From: Mantamonas sphyraenae STR306
Lineage: Eukaryota; Protista; CRuMs
Assembly: GCA_026936335.1 (NCBI GenBank)
Contig: JAPMXV010000059.1
Span: 124,001 to 188,000 of the forward strand
DNA length: 64,000 nucleotides
Direction of reading: 5' to 3'
Shown here: in pieces, positions 42,102 through 55,141 of the stretch
Numbering within the stretch: position 1 is the stretch's first letter
How the letters are laid out: every line of letters begins with the position of its first letter
Position numbers and translations under genes: made by a program
Notes under the pieces: generated by a model
Database searches by the model: none
What the model saw: only the letters and a program-made list of their open reading frames with translations
What the model was told of the DNA's origin: nothing

Positions 42102-44581
42102 TCATCCATCGCTCGGGGCAACACGGTTGCTGCCACCGCCACAGCAGCCCTGGCTGCCACCCTCCTCCTTGCGCTTGCGAGAGCCGTCGACAAACTCGGC
42201 CAGGTCTTCGCTGCAGTACAGCTGCGACGTCTGGCGCTTCTCGTACATCTCCTGGTCGGCGCAGAAGAGGAGCAGCATGGTATCGATGGCCAGATCGTAG
42301 AGCAGCATAAACAGCATGGTGATGGCATACGCGACGAGAACCGTCACAAACCAGGGCACCAGCCAGAAGCGCAGGTCCTTCTGCTCGCGCAGCACCGCGG
42401 CCGAGATAAGCGCCACCAGACCCACAATCATGAGCTTGCCCAGTCCCAGCAGCAGCGGAGCCACCATGTTCACAGCGGCCACACGCAGGATGTTGGCCAC
42501 CAACAGGTGGAAGGCCTTGAAGGCAGCCTTGCAGAAGGCCTTGCCCTCTGTTGCCACGATGATGTATGCGTTCTTGTTGATGAACTTCATAAACTTCTCC
42601 AGGCACCAGAAGCAGCTCTTGAGGCAGCACAGGACAAACTGGATCACCTTGCCCCAGATCGGGTGCGAGTCCAAGCCCTTCTCCTTGATTTCGTGTTCCA
42701 CGTACTCCAGCGTGGCGCGGATGAACTGGATGATGGCAATGATGAGCGAGCCAAATGCAGCGGAACCCAGGTGGTACCTCCACGTGCGGTAGAACGCTGC
42801 GCGCACCTGGCCGTCCTCGAGCTCCTCCTTGTTGTACGTCCAGTACCACGCTGCGATCGCGCCACACACCGTCAGGTAGCCGATGGCAATCACAAAGTTG
42901 GTTGTCCACAGGAAACCGAAAAAGTGATAGATGATCATGTACTGCAGCGTGGTGTCAAACTCAAACTTGCCCGTGCTCGGGTTGTACTGCTTGGCCGATG
43001 CCAGGAACAGCGAGATCGTCACCCAGTACGCCAAAAAGATCAGGTAGATGCCAAACAGCACAAAGGGAAAGTACAGCATCTCCGGGATGTCACGCATGGC
43101 ACGCGACGCCTCCTTGACCAGCTCCACCGCAAGTGCAATGCGACGTCGCAGCCACACCACAAGGAAGAACAGCAGCACAGCAACGGCCGCAAAGCCGTAC
43201 GCCATGTACTGCACAATCTCTGCGTTCAGCTCCTTGCTCGAGTCGCCCTGCGCCTCTGCCGTCAGCGTCGTCGCCGTTGCGTTCAGGTACGCCGCAAACG
43301 CAGCCACCACAAGGATCACACCGATGATGGTGCCCCACGTGATGATGCCTGCAAACTGGCGCAGGAAGGCCAGGTAGGCAAAGGCAATCAGCACGGTGAT
43401 GAAGCACACCGCCAGGATCCACCACCACACGCTGTAGATGTCTCCAAACAGCGTGTATGCAAGCGGCTGGTCGTTGGCGTTCGCTCGTGTTGCCTCAACC
43501 GCTGCCGTCTCGTTGGCGCTCGTCGCTGCGCTCTTGTCCGGCAGACAACGGCGCAGATCTGTGTTTTTGGCGAGGTGGTGTCAGTGTCGTCCCCTGCCAA
43601 GGCATACCGTATCGCCCACCATCGATCCCACACACCAACCCTCGCTGCAGCTACAGAAGAAGCAGCAGCTGCTGCAAGGAAAGCCAGTTGTGGCGAGGGC
43701 GTGGCAAAAAAGGGAGGCGAGGGGCGAAAGAACCGTTGGGCGAAAACGCACAGCTGGTGGTTTGGTACGGACACAGGCACTCGCGCTTGACGTAGTTCAG
43801 GTACGTCGCGTTGCTGATGCTGTACTCGCAGATCATATCCGAGTACGCACATCCTGGCGTCACCTTGAATGAGTCGCTGTGTGAAGCGTGCGTGCAACCA
43901 GGCGAAAAAACGGGCGCCGATGTCAGCGAGCCGCAACTCAGCGGGCGCTCAAAAGGGAAAACGGCTGCCGCGCAGCGTTTGGCCGCACAGGGTCATTCTC
44001 GCATCCACCCACTGACCTAATCTGGCCTGACGATGGACACTTCTCCACACAGATCTGGAACTTGCGGTCCGTGGGGTTCGGGTAGTACAGGAAGGGTTTG
44101 GACACGAGGTTTGTGCCGTTGGAGCCCTGATACAGGGTGTTGTCGATGCCACACGTTTGCCTGTGCCACGTACCCAAGCACACACACACGCACACACACC
44201 GCAAGTGCAGCCGCGTACAAATCGTAACCAATGCACAGCCACAATGCATACAGTCGCACACGGGAAAACGGGAGAACACACACGCATAAACTACAGCGTC
44301 AGCACACCACCACCAACCCGGTTCTCACTTCCCTCTCTCAATCACCCAACCGCAACCTCCATGCCGCTTGAAAGAACGCAAACCCACCCAAACTGGTCCT
44401 CTGGATACACCATGCGCAGCGGGCTGCCCTTTGTCAGGCCCGTGATGCCCACGGCAAACATGCCACCCCAGAACAGGATAAAGAGCACGAGGCACCACAG
44501 GTCTGTGCATGACCTGTCCTTCTGCAGACCTGCCACATTCTCGTATTTGTCACCCTCAGGTGTGACTGCGGCGTTTCCCAT
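42102..44581 (-). CDS. Choline transporter-like protein (CTL/SLC44/PNS1), multi-exon
   Basis: DRSCTDLWCL, LRRRIALAV, RYHLGSAAFGSLI, CLEKFMKFINKNAY, AIDTMLLLFC. Confidence 0.9.
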
Positions 44582-44784
44582 TGAGTGGAGTGGCTCCTTT
44601 CGTTGACTTGTGGCGCGCATCCGAATCACATGTCCACATGAGAGCCATCACCATTGTCAAACGACTCCATGCCAATCCAACCGTGTCCTTCACTCCTTTG
44701 CACACTTGTCCAAACGCCTGAATCGCCGCTCTCAGCAACCAAATTTCGTGCCTTTTCGCGCCACACCCACCCACCGGAGCTCCC

Positions 44785-47700
44785 ATGTCCAAATCGGTGC
44801 TGGGACACAAGTTCCGGCACGACAAAACCTGCACTGCAGACGTGTTCTCTCTGCAGTGTGACTGCGTCATCAGGTGGAACGCATTTGGTACGCAATGGAC
44901 CCCTGCCACCCGTCAAGAAGCCGCTGGAATACCGGACCTTCGCAATTCCCCTCCTTTTTTCGCGCCCCACTAACCCGCGTCCGCGCAACCGCCTCACCTG
45001 CGCACCACAGTCACCCGGTACATCCACGCCGTGGCCTCAACGATCCCACGTTGCTTGTGGCACCTCGACGGAGAGTCACCGCGTGCCGCAGTCCACGGCG
45101 GTGACTTGTACAGCACGGCCACCGTCAGCGGCGTATTTCTGCTTGTGGACCTCAACAGCATCTTCCAGGCCATTGCACAGGCCTTTGAGGTGCGCCAGCA
45201 GCAGTTTACCGCCATGGACACGCATCCTGATGCCGAAATCAGCGGCCCAATGCGTCGCAAGAGCAGCATCACCGGCCGAAATCGGCTGATGTTCTGGAAG
45301 TCGCAGAACGCAACCGGCAAACGCAAGCAGGACCGCTTCCGCGAACATCTCGAGCACTTCCAAACCTTCCACTCCCATATTTATTCCCAGCTCCTTTCGC
45401 CCGTCCTCTTCTTTGCCGGCAACGTCCTCTCCTTTGACGGCGAACGCATGATCGCCTTTTTTGGCAACCCTGCCCAAACTTCCACCGAGTACCTCGACGA
45501 CTCTCAAGCCGCCAACGCGGCCATTCTCGCCGCCCTGTCCATCGAACAGGTGCTCACCTCCTCTGATCTCGTGCCCTCCTTCATCTCTGGTCGCGACTAC
45601 CCCGAGTGTTTGCCCAAGCTGGCCCTAGCAACGGGCAATCTCCACACGCTCTTTCTCCGTGGAAGTTCTCCCACCGACGGAGCCACCTCCATTTCCACAG
45701 GCTCTGCCCTCCGCAATCTGTATGCCACCCTCGAGGTGGCTCAGCCTGCAGAGGTTGTCCTTTCGCCCACCGTCCGCCAACGCGCTCCGGTGAGCGACAC
45801 CTTCCATTCGCAAGACGTACGTGTTCTCCCACTTCCCGCTTTCCGCGCCGCCCACGCCGCCCACGCTGGTCACACTGCCACCTGCTCACACTGCCCCCCG
45901 TCTCTCCCACCCTTCCACACACACACATCCTCCTCGCAGCTTGGCGGAGGCTACGAGATGATTGTACAGATGGAAAAGCGTCCGCCGTTGGGCGACTGGC
46001 CCGTGGACGACCCAGCCAACTCTCGTTTGCCGGGCCCCAACGACTTTCGCCCCTCCCGACACACCCATCTGCTCCCATGCATGCCCGAGCCCATGTTGCG
46101 AGCTCATGTCGACACGGTCGACCTCATGGGCCGCGTGCACAACACCGAGCTCACCGTCGTACTCGTCGCCTTGTCACGTGCCCTCCTCGCAGAACCCCTC
46201 GTCCTCGCACGCATCTACTCCCAAATCGTCAGTATTGCTGCACGTGTGCAAGGCCACGTACTTCACGCCTCCTGTACACCCAAGCACACCGACCTATTCC
46301 ACCTGGCCCTCTACTTCCACACGGGCAAGAGCCCGGCACGTGCCTGCATCGCCTCCCTGGAGATTGCCTCCCTGCTGCGTGCCTATGCGGGCAAGGAACG
46401 CAAGCGAGGGGCCACCGTCCTGGACACCAAACCGGGTGCACGTCTCTCCCTCGAGCTGCAGAGTCTGCGCCAGCTGCGTGAGCGCACTCGCTTTGACTTT
46501 CACATGGTCCTCGGCACGGGACCAGTCCAGTATGGAATTGTCGGGTCCACGTTCAGGGCCCACCTGTGTCTGATGGGTCAGCTCTACACCGACCTGGAGC
46601 AGCTGCTGTATCGCGACTGCGCAGCCGACCAACTCCTCATGCTTGCCTCCACGGCCGAGCGCGTCAAGGACAAGGTCATTGTAAGGGACGTCGTATGCAG
46701 CACGCGTCCCGATGTCGTCCAGCTCCTCAACACCATTGTACAGCCCGGTCCGGCCATGAGCTTCAAGACCGCCTCCAACTCGCCCATTGTCGGTCGCCAA
46801 CAGGAAATGACTCTGATCCGCCGTTCCATCCGCGATCTCAGCTTCATCGACAAGAGTGGCCTGTTGTTCATCCACGGCGAGACCGGCTACGGCAAGACCG
46901 AACTCGCTCTCTTTGCCTCCCAGTTTGCTGCCTCCCAGGGCCTCCAGTGTATGATTGCCCACAACGGGCCCAAGGAGTCCTGCACTCCATTCTACGTGTT
47001 TCGGCAGATTATGGAGCAGCTCTTTGACGTCCACGCCTCGGCCAACACCGACCAGCTCGCAGCCATTCGCCGTTGCCTCCGTGTCTACGATCTCCTGGAG
47101 GCCATGTACGCGCGTCACACCACCACCACCTCATCCTCATCCTCATCCTCATCCTCCTCCTCCTCCGCCTCATCCTCCAAATCCACACCGGCGTCCTCCT
47201 TGCACCCTGACGGAGCGCGCAAACGCGAACCGGTGTTCCGCAGGACCGACAGCAAGGATGGGGACGACAAGACCAATCACAAGAGTGGCACAGGACGCAC
47301 GTGGCGACAGAAAGGCAAGCAGACAATGCGTCGATTCAAACGTTCGAACAGCCTGAATAGCAACGCAGCCATGGTCGAGTTGAACGATCTGCCTTCCTCT
47401 CGCCCCGGCAACAGCATCCGCACCGCCAAGCAACAACACGGGGATGACGACGATGTCAACGAGTCTGAGGACGACGATGCAGAGGACGAGCAAGACGACG
47501 ATGCGCAAGAAGAAGCTGACGAAACGTCGGACAGCGAGAATGGCTTTCCCGCGGAGAAGGGCAGCACAACAACGAGCCCACGCATGCTAAATCGGTCGCG
47601 TCTGTACACTCTGAACGAGGAGGAGCCCGTAGAGGTGGCCGAGGACAAGCAGACGTCCGAACGGATGCCACGACGCAACGTGTTGCGACGTGCACGCTCA

Positions 47701-50700
47701 AGCAGTGACAGCCTGATGATGTCCTCGTCGGAGCTGTTCAAACAGGCTGTCAGCGAGGACGGCAGCTCCTCACCGTCAAGCCGTGCTTCACGTAAGGTGA
47801 ACCTGAAGGGTCCCCTGAGCGAACTGTTGTGCGTGCTTGAGCCTCTGTTGCCATCGCACTTTATGCTGGAGGACGACGATTCCCGCGCCACCATGGGCCG
47901 CGACTACCAGGACGCACGCGACGTCGTCCATGTGGTCACACGGCTCATTGGCACCCACGTCAGAGTGGGGCGGTCGGAAGAGCTGGCAAATGTCAACCCG
48001 TCCACGGCCACCGAATTCCTCTCGGGCGAGGGCGACCTCTCTGCCTATGCCAATCGGGTGTCAAGCACGACGACCAACGAGGCCGAAGCCAGGGACATGA
48101 AGTTGCGCATGGTGGCCGAGACCCTGCGAGCATCGGGCATCGGAAGTTCCTCGGCCACACCTCCCGAGGTGTTTGTCGAAGAGGTCAAGGTTCTTTTGCA
48201 CGGCGACACGCAGGACGAGAACGTGGACACAGACGACGAAGAGGATGAGGAGGATGAAGAGGATGAAGAGGATGAGGAGCATGAGGAGCATGAGGAGGAG
48301 GATGAGGAAGACGCAGACAAGGACGACGATGACAAGGCGAGCACCTTTGGCTCGGAATCGGTCATGGTGCCCGATGGTGAACTGCGTCTGAACCTGGAGA
48401 GTGGCAGCAGTGGCAGCAGCAGCAGCGAGGCTGGCAGCGGAGGTGGTGTGGGAATGAGCAGCAGCAACACAGGCGGCGGCGGGTGTCGCAATCCGCTGGT
48501 GCTGATCCTGGAGGATGTGCACTGGATGGACACCTGGTCGTGGTTCCTCGTGCAGTCGTTGTTCAACGAAATCACATCGGGCCTGTTGCTTGTCCTTACG
48601 TGTCGTCCCGACGAGGATGTGGTGCCCCACTTTGAGCAGGTGATCCGATCCCTGGGCATCAATCCCAAGCGACTGCACACGTCGCCGCCTGCAGGCGCCA
48701 GCCAGCTGGTGACACGCAACATGGGCAACAACTCGGTCCAGTTCCTCAATCTGGCGCCCCTGTCGCAGGAGAGCTTGAGCCGCCTGGTGATGTTGTCGCT
48801 CAACTGCACCAGCATCAGTTCGGATGTGGTGGCGCTGGTGCAGGAGCAGAGCAAGGGCAACCCTCTGTTTGCCCAGAAGCTGTGTGACACCCTGAAGGAG
48901 GAGAGTTTGGTGTCTGTGGACGAGCGTGGCCTGGCCACTCTGTCTCCAGCCTACACGCTCTCGTCCCTCTCCCTCTCCCTGCCACAGACCATTGGCGAGG
49001 CCATGTCGGAGCAGATCCAACAATTGCCGCTGCGTGAACTGGAATTGCTGCGAGTGGCCAGTGTGTTGGGCTTCCGCTTCTGGCGCCGTGCCCTGTACGA
49101 TGTCTACGAGGGCGAGATGGACATTGCGCTGCTGGAGGGCTCGCTCGAGTCGCTGGTGCGCATGGGTTTTCTCGTCGTGGAGCAGGACGGCGACACAGAC
49201 ACACCCGACAACAGCATGAGCATGGGCGGAGGCAGCGGGCGCATGGACGACATGGTATCTGCCCTCAACAGCGCAAACGTGAGCGCCGCCCCAAGCGGCT
49301 TTGCCAGCGCCACAGCCAGCGGACGAAACACTCCGCTCGAGTATCTTGGCGGCGATTACCGCAGTGGGCCGCGCCCGGAAGAGTTGGCCCTCAAGCTGCA
49401 ACAACACCAGGACATGCTTGCGGCTGCAGGGGGGACGATGCAGAGCGGCATGGCTGCCGCCAGTGTCGCCGGGTCGTCCAGCGGCAGTATGGCAAGCAAA
49501 GAGGAAGGAGGAGCAAGCAATGTGGGATTGGGTGCAGGAATGATGATGGGAGGACGATCGACACTGGGCAGCAGTGTGAGTGGTGGCGAATCGCAGGGAG
49601 GGCCTGCAGGGATGTGGAACGAAGCCATCAGCGACGCCTTGAGCAACGTGAGCGACCATTCGGCAGGTACGCCGAGAACTCGACTGGCCATGATGGGTGG
49701 GCGTCTGTCGCCGACGCAGGCGAGTCTGGGCCTGATGTCTGGGTCGTCGTCTCTGGACGTGATGATGGCCTTTCCGCACAGCAATATCATCAGTCTGGTG
49801 TACGCCGGGATGAGCGAGGAGCAGCGACAGGCGTATCACCTTCGTGTGGCCGAGTACTACGACCAGCACCTGGACATGGCCAAGAGCATGGCCACCGTGG
49901 GCGATCATTGGGCGCGTGCCAACCACATGACTCGGGCCTTTCAGTATCTGGAGCAGGCGGCCCACGAGGCACTGATGACACAGGAGATCGAAGAGGCGCT
50001 GCGGTTGTACAGCCAGATGATCAACATGATGGGTGGTGTGCCAGAACTGACCTTGTGGCCCGAGTTGTTGGACAACATGCAGTTGGCCAACGACGACGAA
50101 GAGTACGACTTTGTGCCTGTGGACGACCTGATCGGTGGTCCTGCCACAAGCGGCAGCGTGGGCAGCAGCGCAAGCGGAGACTCGGGGGCGGGTGTGGAGC
50201 CCATGGAGCAGGACAGTTCGTCGTCGGGTGGCTCGCACACACCGGTGAGCAGCAGCAATTCCGCCCGTTCGACACCCGTTCGACGCAGCAGGGACGCAGA
50301 CGGTAATGCTGTGAACAGTGCGGCAAGCAGCCGGCGTGGCAGCTCGGACAGTCGGCTTGTGATTCTGCGAGATCGGGGCTCGCTGGCCCTTGTGGATGCA
50401 CCCGTCAAGGATGTGCGCTTGCAGAATGTCATGTCCACGGCACTGTCTTTGTCGGATGAGCACGTGGACACGGAAATCGGCCAGGCCAAGTTTGCCTACT
50501 TCCTGCTGCGGTTGGCCGAGTGCCACTTTCAGCAGAACAACGTGCTGACGGCGATGAAGTTGCACCTGAAGCTGCTGGAGCACATGGGCCAGGAACTGCC
50601 CGAATCCAAGATGGAGTGTCGCAAGGCCATCTTTGCACTGTGGTTGGGACGCAAGCAGATGGCACCCAGCGTGACGGAGCTGGCCAAGTACACGAATCCC

Positions 50701-51162
50701 GTGACCGACCTTGGTGCACGCGACTATGACACGCAGGTGCGCCTGGCCAAACCGGTGCTTGCGCAGCTGGCGCAAATGGACGAGTGGCAACGCGTGGACA
50801 CGTTCCAGTCGGCCATCCTTGCCGTCACGTTTGCCCGTCTGAGCTCCGTGTTTTACGAAACTGACCAGCTGTTCCACGGCTGGTTCTGTGCCTGGCAAGC
50901 CATCAAGATGGCCACTCTTAGCCATGGAATCTGCGAGTGGCACGACACACGCTTCCTCTACAAGGATGGCAAGACCATTGCTGTCGTGGACGTGTGTCTG
51001 CGCGCTGCCTTTCGCCTCCTCGTGCGGATGGCTCATGAGCAGCAGCAGCAGCAGCAGCAGCAGGATGATGGCGCCATGAACCAGAGTGCCAACAAATTCC
51101 CCACAAGTAGTCACGAGGACAGGCACAGTGGAAAAGAAGCGACGGAAGGAGAGGAAAAGTGA
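44785..51162 (+). CDS. ADCY10-like protein: degenerate cyclase domains + STAND P-loop NTPase + helical repeats; start inferred
   Basis: PIVGRQQEM..IHGETGYGKT, TPFYVFRQI, LVLILEDVHWMDTWSW, SKGNPLF, LRVASVLGFRF; probable in-frame intron near 45817-45939. Confidence 0.75.
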
Positions 51163-51344
51163 GCGATGATGGATTAAGAATGCAAATCGGGCTTGCGCCA
51201 GTGTGTGAACGTGGTCGTCCACCGGGAAAGACACCTCGCCCAGCAGTCACTCAATGGACGACAGGATCGCCGACAACGTGCGCAGTGTTGACCAGTTTGC
51301 CAATTGATTTTTTGCAGACCCCCCACAGCCTCACGCAAGTGCTC

Positions 51345-54300
51345 ATGGATCCCCAGGAGTTTGAAGAGGAGTTGTTGGACATCTTCAGGTAGGCAGGCAA
51401 TGGAGGGAGCGATGGCTGTGTGTGTGGAAGTTGTGCGTCGTGTGGCAGGATCTCACTCACACACCGGACCACCAACCGTGCACGGCCTACCCTTGTGGCA
51501 CGCTGCATTGCGCTTCCGCCTCTGTGTGTTTTGCTCCTCACCCTCCACCATGATGGAACACACAGCAACCCGAGCAAGAGCTACCAGCGGGAACGTGAGT
51601 TGCAAGGGTGGCTTCGCATAGTTCAGACGCATGCCCCACTGCCTCCTGTGCCACTTGACACACACACACTCACTCACACACACACACACACACCGGGACC
51701 CACACCTGCTATGACCCACTCCACCCTCCCTTCACCTCAGAGGATCTCAAGGAGCATGCCGACCTTGTGGAGCTGTGTCTGGATCGCATCGGGGCAACCA
51801 GCAACATTGACGTCCGCTTCTGGTGTCTCTCGCAGCTGGCAGACGTCGTCGGCGACGAACACTACGACCGTCTGCACACCGATGTCCAAGAAGCCATCCA
51901 GTCCGAAACCCTCGAGCTTCTCAAATCCCTCGACTCGTTGCCTGAGCAGGAGTTCCGTATGTTTTTTTTGGGCTAGCACAGCGGGCAGTGAAGGCGGGGC
52001 GAGCATGCAACGCGCCGCTCCCTCGCCTGCCCCTTGTTCCATTGCTTCGTCTCCGGCACCCCGCATCCTGCTGACACGTCCGTGGCCCCTTCTTTGCGTG
52101 TTTGTCCCTGTGCAGATGTAAAAACCAAACTGGCGCTGTTGTTGACCCGCCTTTGCCGCGCCGAGCTCTTTCGTAACTGGCGCTCCTTCTTTGACGGTAC
52201 GTCCACACCCACCAAGGCGACCTCACGCCCATCGCGTGTTCCTTGCCCAGCCACACGCATTCTCTCCCTTTTTCCGCGTGTGTCGCCCATGCCGTGTGTT
52301 TGGCATGTACAAAGGGCCCCTGTCGGTGTGTCCATTCGCCGAAAACCTCGTTCTTCCCACCCACACCCCCCACCCCACTCTGACACCCCCCCCCGCTTGG
52401 CCAACCTTTGCCCTCGATGAAACACACAGATCTGCTCGCACTTGTGGAGAGCGAGCGAGTGTACCTGGAACTGTGGTTTCGTACGCTGACCATGCTGCAC
52501 GAAGAGGTGGTGATGGACCATTCGCAGCGGGCAACGGAAGACCAGGAGCTGAACGCAGACATCAAAGACTTTATCCGAGAGCACCATGCCGGTGATTTGG
52601 TGGAAGTGTGGCAGGGCACCCTGGAGAGCTGTTTGCCAAACGAGGATGACCAGGATCTGTGCAAGTTGGCGTTGGAGTCCATGGCACCGTACGTGCGCTG
52701 GATGGACATTGGGCTCTTTGCCACGGAATCCATGTTTGGTTTGCTCTACACCGCCATGGAGGGAGCCTGTGGCGAAGAAGCCATCACATGTCTGTCGTCG
52801 CTGGTGAACAAGGGCATGCCCGTGGCGGAGAAGCTGGAGCTGCTGGAAATGATGGGCTTGGAGTCACTCGTGGAGTCGCACGCACGTGAAACGGACCTGG
52901 AGTTTCACGTGTGTATGTCACAGCTGGTCAACAATGTGGGCATGGTGCTGTGCAAGTGTTGGGAGGAAACAGAGCCTGAGGACGAGGCCTTGTTTGACCA
53001 GGTGGCCGCCCTGCTGCACGACTGGATGCAGATTGCCATCAACTTTCTCAACGACGACGACGACGAAGTGTCGGGCGCCGTCTACGAGTTTGCCAAAACC
53101 TACCTCAACAAACTGGAGCGGCTGCCCAGGCCGCTGGCCGATCCGTACCCGCAGCACCTGCTGCAGTTCTTTGAGTGCTTCCTGCGCAAGGTGCGCTACG
53201 AGGAGGACCACGACTTTGAGGAACCAGGCGAGAGTGAGGAGCACGAGGAAGAGTACAGGCGAGAAATGTTCCAACTGCTGCGCAAGGTGGCCAAAAACAT
53301 CCCCAAGCTGGTGGAGGCGTCGCTGATGGAGCAGCTGGAGTATGTGATTGGCAAGCAGAAGGAATTGGCGTTCTACGAAGTCGAAGCGGTGTTGGCAACC
53401 CTGTACGAGCTTGGCCAGGCGTACAAAAGCAAGCATGGTGTAGAGTTTGGCCAGGCGTTCATGGAGGAGGCCATGGCACTGGTGGTGGAGAGCGACGTGG
53501 TCAGCTATCCACACGAGTCGATTCAACGCGTGTTTTTCGACCTCGTGCTGCGCTTTGCCAAGGATGTGGAGCTGACGCGGGACCACTACATGGAGATTGT
53601 GGGAGCGTTTACGGACGAGCGTGGTCTGATGCATCCGTCGCCGTACGTGCGTCCACACGCAGCGTACGTGTTTAGCAAGTATGTGACATTCATGCGTGAC
53701 ATGCTGAGCGACATGCAGGGTGACGCACCCGAGATTCTGGCCCAGGTGCAGGAGGTGTTGGAAGACGAGGAGCGCATGATGACAGCCCATCTGAAGCAGG
53801 ACGGGCACTTTGAATTATTTGGGGCGGTGGGCACCCTAATTGGGTGGCAGACGGACGAAAAGACAGTGGAAGCATTGCTGGAGCAGTATGTGCAGCCGAC
53901 GATGCAGAACATTGTGGACATCCTGGACGGGGAGGTGTGGAGGGAGGAGGAAAACGCAGGCGAGGAGGATTTGGCGCTGCTGACGGCCACGGCCAACATG
54001 TTCCACTGCCTGGCCGAGGTGTGTTCGACGCTGGTGTCGCGAGACGAGAGCAATAGCAGCAGCGCAGGCAGCTTGGCACCGGCGGTGGATCTGTTTACGA
54101 GCTCGCTGGAACTGGGCCTGCAGTGTGTAAAGAATATGCCCGTGGCACGGTGTGACGCGTTGGCGTCTGCTGTGTTGCGGCTCGTGCGCAAGAGCCTCAA
54201 CCTGCTCGGGGCAGAAGTGTTGCAATACCTGCCGGAGCTGCTGGAGCTGCTGCTGGAAGTGTGTCAGCCCAAGGAGATGTCGGACATCCTTGTGCTGCTG

Positions 54301-54990
54301 CCACGGCTGATGGGACTGTATCCGGACCGTATGGGAGACATCCTGATGCCCATGTTGGCCACGGTGTGCCAGACCGCGTTTGAGCTGATGGATCTGGAGA
54401 ACAATAGGGCGCAGAGCGACCAGTACTGGGTGCAGGTGGAGCAGGAGAAGGAACAGCTTCAGAAGCAGTACTTGGCGTTTCTGATGGTACTGGTGGATCT
54501 GAAGGAGAACACGTGGCGGTTGCTGGAAGAGCAGGACGCAGAGACGGTGGCGTTCATCCTGCAGAGTGTATCGGAGAATGTGGAATACGCGGTGGAACCG
54601 AGCACGGTGCACAACTATGTGCGCGCCATGAACCGGCTGTTGAAGCGGATCGAGCCAACGGAACAAGCGGCGGATGTGCTGTTCAACCACTTTCTGGCGT
54701 CGGCCATGACGTACTCGGGACGCCCCAATGTCAACCTGAACGACTACGTGGTGGTCAAGGTGTTGCAAGAGGTGGCACAGGCCCAGCGCAACATGGTGGC
54801 GCTGTTTGGCGACAGCGTGGTGACGTTTATCCAGGACGAAGCGCTCCCGCAGTTGGGCTATCCGGAACATCTGATTGGCGAGTACATTGACAGTTTGACA
54901 GGCGACGATCCAAAAGACTTTGCCAAGCTGTTTCAGGAGTTTGCAGCAGAGTTTCAAGCGGCGGAGGCGGGTGACAATGAAGAGGAGTGA
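51345..54990 (+). CDS. XPOT: Exportin-T (tRNA exportin, Los1), several 5' introns
   Basis: VRFWCL..VKTKLALLL..WRSFFD..LHEEVV..NADIKDFIRE..YVRWMDIGL..FTDERGLMHP..AYVFSKYV. Confidence 0.75.
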
Positions 54991-55060
54991 ATCTGTGCAG
55001 TTTGTGTTTGTGTTTGTGTGTGTGTGTGTGTGTATGTCTCTCTCTCTCTCTCCCTGTCTC

Positions 55061-55096
<36 letters not shown>

Positions 55097-55141
55097 GATT
55101 CACAGGGTGCGCATTGGGGCTGTTTGGGCCGGTGTGCACAC

